64,000 nucleotides of DNA from Paracoccaceae bacterium (GCA_020446815.1 JAGRDY010000001.1:5203-69202); one strand, 5' to 3'; counted from the stretch's first letter, positions 18,324-27,398 are shown. Numbers and translations: made by a program. Notes: generated from the letters alone by a model not told the origin.

Positions 18324-19229
18324 TCAAAGCTTGGCCGCTTGTGGCGGCGGGGTGATTTCGATCCGGCCGACCCTTGCCTCACGCCAGGTGATATAGCTTA
18401 TCGCCCCGATGATCATCCCGCCGCCGATCAGGACATACGGGTCCACCGCCTCGCCGAAAACCAGGCTGCCAAGAAGCGTTGCCCAGACCAGTTGTAAGAA
18501 GGTGACCGGTTGCGTGACGGTCAACGGCGCTGCCTGAAACGCCCGTGTCATGAAATAATGCCCCGCCGTGGCAATCACCGCGACCAGCCCCAGCCATCCG
18601 ACCTGCGCATAGGTTGGCGGGACCCAGACCGGGGCGGCCATCGGCACAAGAAAGATCGTCACCATGAGCGACATCATCGCGACGATCACCCCCGGTTGCG
18701 CGATCTGGCTCAGCCGTTTCGCCATCAGATAGGAACTGGCGAAAAACATCGCCGCGCCAAGCTGCGCAAATTGCCCGGCGCCGACCTCGCGCAGCCCCGG
18801 CCGCAGAATGACCAGCGCACCGATCAGCGCCACAGCCACCGCCAGGATCCGTCTGAGCGCCAGCGTCTCGCCAAAAAACAGCGCCGCGCCAATCGTCACG
18901 CCGACCGGGTTGAGGTAGCCGATCGCCGTCACCTCGGCAATCGGGATGCGCGCCATCGCGTAAAACCATAACATCACCGCTAGTGCATGCAGCCCGCCAC
19001 GCATCACGAACAGCCGCATCGCCCCCGGCGCAAACCCGGCGCGCAGCGTCTTGACGATAGCGGGCGACAAGATCAGCACACCGATCGCGTAGCGGATCAA
19101 ACCACCTTCGGCCGCCGGCAGATCGGTGCCCAGATAGCGGACGATTCCCGTCACGGCGACAAAGGTCAGGCCGCTCGATAACATCCAGAGAATGCCCACC
19201 AGGGGGCGCGTTTCGGGTTGGGGCTGCAT
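18324..19229 (-). CDS. DMT-superfamily (EamA) transporter
   Basis: About ten hydrophobic helices and duplicated EamA halves. Start ambiguous between the ATG at 19229 and the GTG at 19259. Confidence 0.8.
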   Translation of the reverse strand: MQPQPETRPLVGILWMLSSGLTFVAVTGIVRYLGTDLPAAEGGLIRYAIGVLILSPAIVKTLRAGFAPGAMRLFVMRGGLHALAVMLWFYAMARIPIAEVTAIGYLNPVGVTIGAALFFGETLALRRILAVAVALIGALVILRPGLREVGAGQFAQLGAAMFFASSYLMAKRLSQIAQPGVIVAMMSLMVTIFLVPMAAPVWVPPTYAQVGWLGLVAVIATAGHYFMTRAFQAAPLTVTQPVTFLQLVWATLLGSLVFGEAVDPYVLIGGGMIIGAISYITWREARVGRIEITPPPQAAKL

Positions 19230-19442
19230 GGCGCGACCTGACACCAAAGATCCTGCCACCGCAAGCGGAAAGGCCGCGAACCGCCGTTGTTCGGGATCCG
19301 CGCGATGCGCCTGCGCCGTGCTGGCGATCCGGGCATCATTCTGCCGGAACCGGCTGAGGCAAGCCGCGACGATGTCGGAGGGGGGCGAATTCGGCTTTCC
19401 AACAAGAGAACACGATCAGGACCACCCGGCTGGGGCCGCGGC

Positions 19443-19898
19443 CTACACCCGCCGCCCGGCAAAAAACGTCTTCAGCAACGCTTCCGCCGCCGCGGCACCG
19501 ATTCCGCCATAGACCTCGGGCGCGTGATGGCACTGGGGGTGCGAAAACACCCGCGCGCCGTGATCCACCCCGCCGGACTTGGGATCGGGCGCGCCATAAT
19601 ACAGTCTTTCGATCCGCGCCGCCGATATCGCCGCAGCGCACATCGGGCAAGGTTCCAGCGTGACATACAGATCATGCCCTGGCAGCCGTTCCGACCCTGC
19701 CGCCGCGCAGGCCGCGCGGATCGCCAGCACTTCGGCATGGGCCGTAGGGTCCGACAGTTCGCGCGTCCGGTTGCCCGCCGCCGCCACGACCAGCCCATCG
19801 GGCGCGACCATGACCGCCCCGACCGGCACCTCGCCGCGCGCCGCCGCCGCCCGCGCCTCGGCCAGCGCCTGGTCCATATGGCTGCGAAATCCGCTCAT
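19443..19898 (-). CDS. tadA: tRNA adenosine(34) deaminase
   Basis: From the ATG at 19898 (MSGFRSHMDQALAEARAAAARGEVPVGAV...). CDA zinc motifs HAEVLAI and PCPMCAAA. Confidence 0.9.
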   Translation of the reverse strand: MSGFRSHMDQALAEARAAAARGEVPVGAVMVAPDGLVVAAAGNRTRELSDPTAHAEVLAIRAACAAAGSERLPGHDLYVTLEPCPMCAAAISAARIERLYYGAPDPKSGGVDHGARVFSHPQCHHAPEVYGGIGAAAAEALLKTFFAGRRV

Positions 19899-19997
19899 GC
19901 CCCCTGATGCCCTGCCGCACGCGCCCACGCAAGCGCTTCCCCAAAGCGCAGAATGCGGATAGAGGGGGCGCAATGTGCCGACAAGGGACCGATCACC

Positions 19998-21302
19998 ATG
20001 GCTGACGACAGGAAAACCGGCGACCGCATCGCCAAGGTGATGGCGCGCGCCGGCGTGGCTTCGCGCCGCAATGCCGAACGCATGATCATTGACGGCCGTG
20101 TCACGGTGAACGGGATCAAGATCACCAGCCCCGCGCTCGACATCCGGCCCAGCGACAGGGTCACGCTCGATGGCAAACCGATTGATGCGCCCCAGCCCGC
20201 CCGGCTCTGGCTTTACTACAAGCCGCTCGGGCTGGTGACATCGGAAAACGACGAAAAGGGCCGCCAGACCGTGTTCGACACCATGCCCGATGACATGCCA
20301 CGGGTGATGAGTGTCGGCAGGCTTGACCTGAACTCCGAAGGTCTGCTGCTATTGACCAACGACGGTGCGTTGAAGCGCCGGCTTGAACTGCCCTCGACCG
20401 GTTGGCTGCGCAAGTACCGGGTAAGGGTCAATGGACGCCCCAGCGAGGCGACGTTTGACCCGTTGCGGCGGGGCCTGGCCATTGATGGCGAGGAATTCCT
20501 GCCGATGGATATCTCGCTCGACAAGCAACAAGGCGCCAATGCCTGGCTGACCATCGGGCTGCGTGAAGGCAAGAACCGGGAAATCCGCCGCGCCATGGCC
20601 GAAGTCGGGCTGATCGTGAACCGGTTGATCAGGGTCAGCTACGGGCCCTTTCGGCTCAACGCGATGAAAGCCGGGGATGTGGTGGAAGTGAAACAACGCG
20701 TGCTGCGCGACCAACTCGGGCGCGATCCGGGACAGACGGATGATGCAGCAACAGACACCGCCACACAGCGTCCCCGGCGCGAAGCCGCCCGCAAGCCATT
20801 CGCCGCCCGCCCCGGTGCGGCCGACACGAAAGGCCCGGACAGCCGCCGGGATTTCAAGCCCAGGCCGCCGCGCGTGCCCCATGACGGCGACGAAAGAAAA
20901 CCGCGCAAGCCACGCATATCAGCCAAACAGGGCGATCGCGACAGCGCCGCGAAAAACCCTGCACCCAAAGTGCCGCGCGACAATCCCGCCGAACACCGCG
21001 ACAGGAAATCGCTCAAACCACGGCCGCCGCGCGCCCAGGATGCCGATCGGGATCGCAAATCCAGATCGCCAAATGCCAGCCATGACGACAAAGGCCGGCG
21101 CGGTCCGGCTGCCACCGGGCCGGGCAAGGCCGGGCCGCGCAAAACTCAGGCAGGCAAGCCCAAGACACCCGATCGCGGGCAGGCAGGCAAGACACCGCGA
21201 ACACCCGCCGGCAAGAGCGGCATGGGCCGGGCCAAACCCCGGCCCGGTGATCGAAGGGCACCCGGCGCGACCGCCCGGCGCGACCCCGGCGACAAGAAGT
21301 GA
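19998..21302 (+). CDS. RsuA/RluB-family pseudouridine synthase with long basic disordered tail
   Basis: From the ATG at 19998. S4 domain (RIAKVMARAGVASRRNAERMIIDGRVTVNG), catalytic GRLDLNSEGLLLLTNDG, and a roughly 190-aa K/R/P/D-rich C-terminus. Confidence 0.85.
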   Translation: MADDRKTGDRIAKVMARAGVASRRNAERMIIDGRVTVNGIKITSPALDIRPSDRVTLDGKPIDAPQPARLWLYYKPLGLVTSENDEKGRQTVFDTMPDDMPRVMSVGRLDLNSEGLLLLTNDGALKRRLELPSTGWLRKYRVRVNGRPSEATFDPLRRGLAIDGEEFLPMDISLDKQQGANAWLTIGLREGKNREIRRAMAEVGLIVNRLIRVSYGPFRLNAMKAGDVVEVKQRVLRDQLGRDPGQTDDAATDTATQRPRREAARKPFAARPGAADTKGPDSRRDFKPRPPRVPHDGDERKPRKPRISAKQGDRDSAAKNPAPKVPRDNPAEHRDRKSLKPRPPRAQDADRDRKSRSPNASHDDKGRRGPAATGPGKAGPRKTQAGKPKTPDRGQAGKTPRTPAGKSGMGRAKPRPGDRRAPGATARRDPGDKK

Positions 21303-21428
21303 CAGTACCCCTACCGGGGCGCAGGCTTGTCAGGCATGTTTTTACGCGGCGGCTCGCCGGCATTTGCAGCCCGGGCTTGGCCAGGCGCGCTTGCCGTGGC
21401 AGGTTGGGCCATCGGTGAGGGAGTCGGC

Positions 21429-21512
21429 ATGTCAGAACCCGGATTGCGACGGATAGCTTTCTTGCTGTTGCTGGCACTGACGCTCTATGTCGGCATCGCG
21501 GGGGGCGGCTGA
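21429..21512 (+). CDS. Candidate 27-aa single-pass membrane peptide
   Basis: MSEPGLRRIAFLLLLALTLYVGIAGGG, preceded by GAGGGA 7 nt upstream. Its TGA overlaps the ATG of the next gene (TGATG). Support comes from position only. Confidence 0.3.
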   Translation: MSEPGLRRIAFLLLLALTLYVGIAGGG

Positions 21513-22384
21513 TGGCGATACGATATGGCGGCAAGCACAGCCCTTCGGCCCAGAGCGGCGCACCCCCAGGTGCCCCGACCATCCCCAGCCGCGATGAACG
21601 CCGCGCGAAATGGCTTTTCCTGGCCGCGATCCCCCTGGCGGTCAGAGCCTTCTGGCAGGAACCGATCGGGCTGGTACAGAACCTTGGCGCCTTTGCCACG
21701 CTGGTTCTTGCGGCCTGGCTGACGCGTGAAGGTGTTCGTGCGGCATCAGCCTATGCCGCCCGCCGCAGTTCCCGCCGGCCCGCGATCCCGCGCAAGCTGA
21801 TGGCAACCGCCTTGACCGGCATGGGTCTGTTTCTTGGCGTAATCGCCAATGGCGGCAATCCGTGGTCGGGCGGTCTGCTCGGCCTTGCCGGCAGTGCCCT
21901 GCATCTTTTCGCCTTCGGCCCCGATCCGCTGACCGACAAGGCCATGGACGAGATCGACATTTTCCAGCAAGACCGCGTGGCGCGGGTTCTGGTCGAAGGC
22001 GAAGCCTATCTGAAGGCAATGAAAGATGCCGCCCTCCGCGCCGGAGACCGTGACATCACCGCCCGTGTCGACCGGTTCCTGATTTCGGCGCGAACCATGT
22101 TCCGCACCGTCGAGGAAGACCCGCGTGACCTGACCGCCGCCCGCCGCTATCTGGGTGTCTACCTGATGGGCGCCCGCGACGCGACGATCAAGTTCGCCGA
22201 TATCTGGACGCGCAGCAAGGATCAAAAGGCACGCGCGGATTTTCAGGCGCTCCTGACCGATCTGGAAACGAATTTTGACGCCCGCACCCGAAGCCTGCTA
22301 TCCGATGACAAGACCGACCTTGAAATCGAGATTGACGTCTTGCGCGACCGCCTGAAACGTGAAGGCCTCAAGACGCAACTGTAA
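21512..22384 (+). CDS. XpaC-like (5-bromo-4-chloroindolyl phosphate hydrolysis family) membrane protein
   Basis: N-terminal TM helices (WLFLAAIPLAV, LGAFATLVLAAWL, GMGLFLGVIA, LLGLAGSALHLFAF) followed by a helical C-domain. Sits immediately upstream of telA, as in the known XpaC-TelA pairs. Confidence 0.7.
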   Translation: MAIRYGGKHSPSAQSGAPPGAPTIPSRDERRAKWLFLAAIPLAVRAFWQEPIGLVQNLGAFATLVLAAWLTREGVRAASAYAARRSSRRPAIPRKLMATALTGMGLFLGVIANGGNPWSGGLLGLAGSALHLFAFGPDPLTDKAMDEIDIFQQDRVARVLVEGEAYLKAMKDAALRAGDRDITARVDRFLISARTMFRTVEEDPRDLTAARRYLGVYLMGARDATIKFADIWTRSKDQKARADFQALLTDLETNFDARTRSLLSDDKTDLEIEIDVLRDRLKREGLKTQL

Positions 22385-22412
22385 TGTCACGGCCCACATC
22401 CGGAGAGTAACC

Positions 22413-23597
22413 ATGTCTGAATCCATACGCGAAAAAGCCTCCAAGGCCCTGCCCGCCGTCGAGGAAGTGACAGCGGTGGTGCTGGCCGAACCCGTCAGCG
22501 ATGTCGTGCCGATGGAAAAGGCCGATGCGAAGATGGCAGATGCCATTCGCAGCCGGATCGCCGAACTCGACATGTCCGACAGCGGTTCCATTGTCGATTT
22601 CGGCTCGGCCGCACAGGCCGAGTTGCAGGAAATCAGTCAGGCGATGCTTGCCGATGTACGCAACAAGGATGTCGGGCCTGCGGGCGACAGCCTGCGAAAT
22701 ATCGTCACCACGATCCGGGGCTTTTCGGTTTCCGAGCTCGATGTGCGGCGCAAGGCGTCATGGTGGGAAAGGCTGCTGGGCCGCACGGCACCCTTCGCGA
22801 AATTCCTCGCCCGCTTTGAAAATGTGCAGGGCCAGATCGACAAGATCACCGATGATCTTCTGGGCCACGAGCACAAGCTGCTCAAGGACATCAAGTCGCT
22901 CGACCTGCTTTATGAAAAGACGCTGGAGTTCTATAACGAACTGGCGCTCTATATCGCGGCAGGCGCGGAAAAGATCCGCCTGCTGGATGCCAATGACATT
23001 CCCGCCAAAGAGGCCACGGTGGCCGCCGCCAGCGAAACCGACAAGGTGATGGCCGCGCAGGAACTGCGCGATCTGCGCGCCGCGCGCGACGATCTGGAAC
23101 GGCGGGTGCACGATCTGAAACTGACGCGACAGGTGACGATGCAGTCGCTGCCCTCGATCCGCCTGGTACAGGAAAACGACAAATCGCTTGTCACCAAGAT
23201 CAATTCCACGCTGGTCAACACCGTACCGCTTTGGGAAACGCAACTGGCCCAGGCCGTCACCATCCAGCGGTCGGCCGAGGCGGCGACGGCCGTACGCGAG
23301 GCCAATGACCTGACCAACGAACTGCTGACCGCCAACGCCCGGAACCTGCGTCAGGCCAATGCCGCGGTACGCACCGAGATGGAGCGCGGCGTGTTCGACA
23401 TCGCGGCGGTGAAATCCGCCAATTCCGAACTGATCGGCACCATCGAAGACAGCTTGCGGATCGCCGATGAAGGCAAACGCAAGCGCGCCGAGGCCGAAGT
23501 GGAATTGCAAAAGATGGAAGCCGACCTGCGCGATACCCTGGCCGCGGCCCGCGCCAGAAAAACCGGCACCGGCGACACCATCGGCACCAGTGCCTGA
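22413..23597 (+). CDS. telA: Toxic anion resistance protein TelA/YaaN family
   Basis: From the ATG at 22413 (GGAGAG Shine-Dalgarno sequence). All-helical 394-aa protein with TelA-family blocks (IVDFGSAAQAELQEISQAML, KSLDLLYEKTLEFYNELALYIAAG, LPSIRLVQENDKSLVTKINSTL). Confidence 0.88.
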   Translation: MSESIREKASKALPAVEEVTAVVLAEPVSDVVPMEKADAKMADAIRSRIAELDMSDSGSIVDFGSAAQAELQEISQAMLADVRNKDVGPAGDSLRNIVTTIRGFSVSELDVRRKASWWERLLGRTAPFAKFLARFENVQGQIDKITDDLLGHEHKLLKDIKSLDLLYEKTLEFYNELALYIAAGAEKIRLLDANDIPAKEATVAAASETDKVMAAQELRDLRAARDDLERRVHDLKLTRQVTMQSLPSIRLVQENDKSLVTKINSTLVNTVPLWETQLAQAVTIQRSAEAATAVREANDLTNELLTANARNLRQANAAVRTEMERGVFDIAAVKSANSELIGTIEDSLRIADEGKRKRAEAEVELQKMEADLRDTLAAARARKTGTGDTIGTSA

Positions 23598-23604
23598 AAT
23601 TTCG

Positions 23605-24552
23605 ATGCGCAACAACCCGTCACGCATGCGGCTTGTCGTGCCTCTGATCCTGGTGGCGGGGCTTTCGGGTTGCGATGGCCTGGGCCCAGTCAGACCCGCC
23701 CCGTGGCGCGCAAACATGCCCGACACCACGAGTATCCCGGCAGAGTCCGCCGAAACCCAGATTGCCCGGGCCTATTATCAAAGGGTGGAGGCGAACTATC
23801 TGGCGCAGGGCCAATACCGCACGGATGGCGGCGGCACGGACGCGCCTTTTGGTGCCCGCGATCTGGCGCGGAACTTCCTGAACATCGTATTTTATGACGA
23901 GTTTTCCGATGAGGGCGGGCAGCTTGTTCCGGCCAGAACGCAAAACCGGCTGCATCGCTGGCAGCAGCCGATCAGACTTGCGATCGAATTTGGCGCCTCG
24001 GTTCCGGCGCGGCAACGCCTGAAGGACAAGGCGGACATCGCCGCCTATCTCGCAACCCTTTCGCGATTGACGGGTTTGCCCATGCACATCACGACACAGG
24101 GCGCGAACCACATCGTACTGATACAGAACATCGACGAAAGGCAAGCCGCCGCGGCCCGCCTTCAGGAAATTGCGCCCGAAGCCAGTGAGGCTGCTATACG
24201 GTCCATCAAGAGAATGAAGCCCGATACCTATTGCACGGTTTTCGCCTTTACCACCGGCGACAGCGCCATCTACGATCGTGCGGTCACGGTGATCCGCGGC
24301 GAATTGCCCGATCTGCTGCGGCTGGCATGCATTCATGAAGAACTGGCCCAGAGTCTCGGGCTGGTCGACGACAGCCCCAAGGCGCGGCCTTCGATTTTCA
24401 ACGACAACCAGGAATTCGCGCTTTTGACCAGGCAGGACGAGATGATGCTAAGGATGCTCTACGATCCGCGGCTGAAACCGGGTATGACCCTGGCCGAGGC
24501 ACGCCCCATCATCGAAACCATCGCCCGTGAACTTGTCGGCGGCGATAGCTGA
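23605..24552 (+). CDS. Lipoprotein, DUF2927-like (family recalled from memory, to verify)
   Basis: From the ATG at 23605. Signal plus lipobox MRLVVPLILVAGLSGC. Conserved-looking CIHEELAQSLGLVDDS block near the C-terminus. Confidence 0.6.
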   Translation: MRNNPSRMRLVVPLILVAGLSGCDGLGPVRPAPWRANMPDTTSIPAESAETQIARAYYQRVEANYLAQGQYRTDGGGTDAPFGARDLARNFLNIVFYDEFSDEGGQLVPARTQNRLHRWQQPIRLAIEFGASVPARQRLKDKADIAAYLATLSRLTGLPMHITTQGANHIVLIQNIDERQAAAARLQEIAPEASEAAIRSIKRMKPDTYCTVFAFTTGDSAIYDRAVTVIRGELPDLLRLACIHEELAQSLGLVDDSPKARPSIFNDNQEFALLTRQDEMMLRMLYDPRLKPGMTLAEARPIIETIARELVGGDS

Positions 24553-24574
24553 GATCGAACAACAGGAGTTAGGT

Positions 24575-25696
24575 ATGGGTATTCTCGATTTTCTGACCGG
24601 TGAATTTATCGACGTCATCCACTGGACCGATGACACCCGCGACACCATGGTCTGGCGGTTCGAGCGCGAAGGCCACGCGATCAAATACGGCGCCAAGCTG
24701 ACCGTCCGTGAAGGCCAGACTGCGGTCTTTGTCCACGAAGGCCAGATTGCCGATGTGTTCACCCCCGGCCTCTACATGCTTGAAACCAACAACATGCCGA
24801 TCCTGACCACGCTGCAACACTGGGATCATGGCTTCCAGTCTCCGTTCAAGTCAGAAATCTATTTCGTCAACACCACCCGTTTTGCCGATCAGAAATGGGG
24901 TACCAAAAACCCCATCATCGCCCGCGATCCGGAATTCGGCCCGGTACGGCTGCGGGCCTATGGCACCTATGTGATGCGAATTGGCGACGCGGCGAAATTC
25001 ATGACCGAAATCGTCGGCACCGATGGTGAATTTACCGCCGATGAAATCAGTTTCCAGATCCGCAATATCATCGTGCAGGAGTTTTCGCGAGCCATTGCGG
25101 GATCGGGGATTCCCGTGCTCGACATGGCCGCCAATACTGCCGATCTTGGCAAGCTGGTGGCCAACGCCATTGCCCCCACGATTGCCGCATATGGCATGAG
25201 TATCCCGGAATTTTATATCGAGAACATTTCCCTGCCGGAGGCCGTCGAAGCGATGCTGGACAAGCGGACCTCGATGGGAATCGTCGGCGATCTGGGCCGG
25301 TTCATGCAATATTCTGCCGCCGAATCCTTGGCGCGCGGCGACGGATCGGCCGGTGCGGCAATGGGCGCGGGGATGGGTGCGGGCGTGGGTATGGCCATGG
25401 GCACCAGGATGCTTGCGCAAGCCGGTCCCTGGGGCAGCGTGCCACAGACCCAGCCCGCGGCACCACCTCCTCCACCGCCGCCGCCCGTTGAAAAGGTCTG
25501 GCACATTGCCGAAGCGGGCGCGACAAGGGGGCCCTTTGGCCGTGGCCATCTGGGACGGCTTGCCAGCGGCGGCAGTTTCACCCGCGATACACTGGTCTGG
25601 TCGCCGGGTCAGGACGGCTGGAAACCGGCGGGCGAGATCGCCGAGCTTGCCCAGCTGTTTACCGTGATGCCCCCACCGCCGCCGCCATCAGCCTAA
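24575..25696 (+). CDS. SPFH/Band-7 protein of the YdjI ('virion core protein'-like) type with C-terminal GYF_2 domain
   Basis: From the ATG at 24575 (AGGAG Shine-Dalgarno sequence). MGILDFLTGEFIDVIHWTDDTRDTMVWRFEREGHAIKYGAKLTVREGQTAVFV is the characteristic YdjI-type N-terminus. The C-terminus has P8 and P6 tracts around a WxxxxxGxxxGP...W GYF_2-like segment. Confidence 0.8.
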   Translation: MGILDFLTGEFIDVIHWTDDTRDTMVWRFEREGHAIKYGAKLTVREGQTAVFVHEGQIADVFTPGLYMLETNNMPILTTLQHWDHGFQSPFKSEIYFVNTTRFADQKWGTKNPIIARDPEFGPVRLRAYGTYVMRIGDAAKFMTEIVGTDGEFTADEISFQIRNIIVQEFSRAIAGSGIPVLDMAANTADLGKLVANAIAPTIAAYGMSIPEFYIENISLPEAVEAMLDKRTSMGIVGDLGRFMQYSAAESLARGDGSAGAAMGAGMGAGVGMAMGTRMLAQAGPWGSVPQTQPAAPPPPPPPPVEKVWHIAEAGATRGPFGRGHLGRLASGGSFTRDTLVWSPGQDGWKPAGEIAELAQLFTVMPPPPPPSA

Positions 25697-25705
25697 GGCA
25701 GCGCC

Positions 25706-26815
25706 GTGCAGACCGCCGCCGAGGAGCATCGTTTTCCCTGCACCCAATGCGGTGCCGATCTGCGGTTCGCACCGGGCGGGGGGGAATTGGTCTGCGACCA
25801 TTGCGGCCACACCGAAACAGTCGCCCAGCCGCAAGCCAGTCACCAGCCGATCCCGGAACTGGATTTCCGCCGCGCGGCAGAGGCGCGACTGCCAGAGACG
25901 GAAATTGAGCCGGTCCGCATTTCCAGGTGCCCGAACTGCGGGGCCGAGGTAGCCTTCGATCCGGCGGTTCACGCCACCGAATGCCCGTTCTGCGCCACAC
26001 CGGTCGTCGCCGATACCGGCGAAAACCGCCGGATCAAGCCGCGCGGGCTGGCACCCTTTGTGGTGCGGGAATCCGATGCACGCAAAGCCATGGCCGACTG
26101 GCTCGGGTCATTGTGGTTCGCACCCTCCGGTCTTGTCGATTACGCCCGCAAGGGCAGGGCATTGCAGGGCATCTACGTCCCTTACTGGACGTTCGACGCG
26201 GCTACCGCCTCGCGCTACCGGGGGCTGCGCGGAACCATTTATTACGAAAGCCGGCAGGTGCAGGTTCGCGACCAGCAGGGACGGGTGCGTCGTGAAACGC
26301 GGCAGGTACAGAAGATCCGCTGGCAGCCCGCATCCGGCCATGTCGCGCGAAACTTCGACGACGTTCTGGTGCTCGCTTCACGCTCGCTTCCCGAAAGCCA
26401 TACCACCGCGCTGATGCCTTGGGATCTGGCCCGGCTGGAACCTTTTCGGCCCGAATACCTGGCCGGTTTCCGGGCCGAAAGCTACACGGTCACACTTCAG
26501 GAGGGCATGGTCGACGCACGCCGGCAGATGGACCGGATGATCGAACGCGATGTCCGTTTCGACATCGGCGGGGACCGCCAGCAGATCGACCGGATCGAAA
26601 CCACGGTCTCGGATGTGACATTCAAGCATATCCTGCTGCCGGTCTGGACCGCGGCCTACCGGTTCCGCGGCCGCAGCTTCCGCTTCGTGATCAATGGCCA
26701 GACAGGCAAGGTACAGGGCGAACGGCCCTGGTCCATCGTGAAAATCGCCTTTGCCGTTTTCTTCCTCGCGGTGCTGATTGCCGCCGGGACCTATTTTGCC
26801 CAGCTTCAGAAATAG
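25706..26815 (+). CDS. Double zinc-ribbon protein with C-terminal membrane anchor (YdjG-like)
   Basis: CTQCGADLRFAPGGGELVCDHCGH and CPNCGAEVAFDPAVHATECPFCATP zinc ribbons. C-terminal TM helix WSIVKIAFAVFFLAVLIAAGTYF. Confidence 0.7.
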   Translation: MQTAAEEHRFPCTQCGADLRFAPGGGELVCDHCGHTETVAQPQASHQPIPELDFRRAAEARLPETEIEPVRISRCPNCGAEVAFDPAVHATECPFCATPVVADTGENRRIKPRGLAPFVVRESDARKAMADWLGSLWFAPSGLVDYARKGRALQGIYVPYWTFDAATASRYRGLRGTIYYESRQVQVRDQQGRVRRETRQVQKIRWQPASGHVARNFDDVLVLASRSLPESHTTALMPWDLARLEPFRPEYLAGFRAESYTVTLQEGMVDARRQMDRMIERDVRFDIGGDRQQIDRIETTVSDVTFKHILLPVWTAAYRFRGRSFRFVINGQTGKVQGERPWSIVKIAFAVFFLAVLIAAGTYFAQLQK

Positions 26816-26831
26816 CGGTTTGGGCAGGAAT

Positions 26832-27245
26832 TCAGCCGATCGGTATCCGGCGAGACTTCGCCAGCGCCTCCGGCCCGGCCTTGGCAACCGACAGGGTCAG
26901 CACCCCTTCCTTCAGATCCGCCGTGATCTTTTCAGGATCGGCATCGGCAGGCAGCCGGAAGCTGCGGCTGAAGGCGCCGTACTGGCGTTCGGAAAAATAC
27001 CATGTTTCGCCTTTTTCCTCACGGCTTTCCTTTTTTTCGCCTTTCACCGTCACCACCCCGTCGTCAACGGTGATTTCGATGTCCTCCTGCCTGACGCCCG
27101 GAAGTTCCACGGCAATCCGGTAAACCTTGTCGTCGGATGATGCCTCCGAGGCGGGCGCCACCCATTCGGCCAATCGCGCACCAAGATGACGGAACGGTTC
27201 GTAAAACGTGGGCCAGAACGCGCCCGTAGGGGATTTCTCAACCAT
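26832..27245 (-). CDS. Hsp20/alpha-crystallin small heat-shock protein
   Basis: From the ATG at 27245 (GAGGAG Shine-Dalgarno sequence). YRIAVELPGVRQEDIEITVDDGVVTVKGEKK...FSRSFRLPADADPEKITADLKEGVLTLSV is a canonical ACD. Confidence 0.9.
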   Translation of the reverse strand: MVEKSPTGAFWPTFYEPFRHLGARLAEWVAPASEASSDDKVYRIAVELPGVRQEDIEITVDDGVVTVKGEKKESREEKGETWYFSERQYGAFSRSFRLPADADPEKITADLKEGVLTLSVAKAGPEALAKSRRIPIG

Positions 27246-27398
27246 TTCGATTCTCCTCTGGAAGGTTGGACGAAACGGTGGGACGATACGCTGGCGGTGC
27301 CCTGTGCGCATTGATTTGCCTCAACATCGGAAACGCCGGTTGATGGTTTCGGGGCTCTCGCCTAAAAAGAACGTGTTATCGCTAACGAAGGCTGGCGG

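Noticed and set aside
27246-27398. ROSE-type RNA thermometer or sigma-32 promoter upstream of hsp20
   Set aside because: Only a 4-bp UUCC/GGAG pairing around the Shine-Dalgarno sequence could be drawn. I could find no convincing CTTG-N17-CCTATNT-like promoter. This is not enough to call either element.
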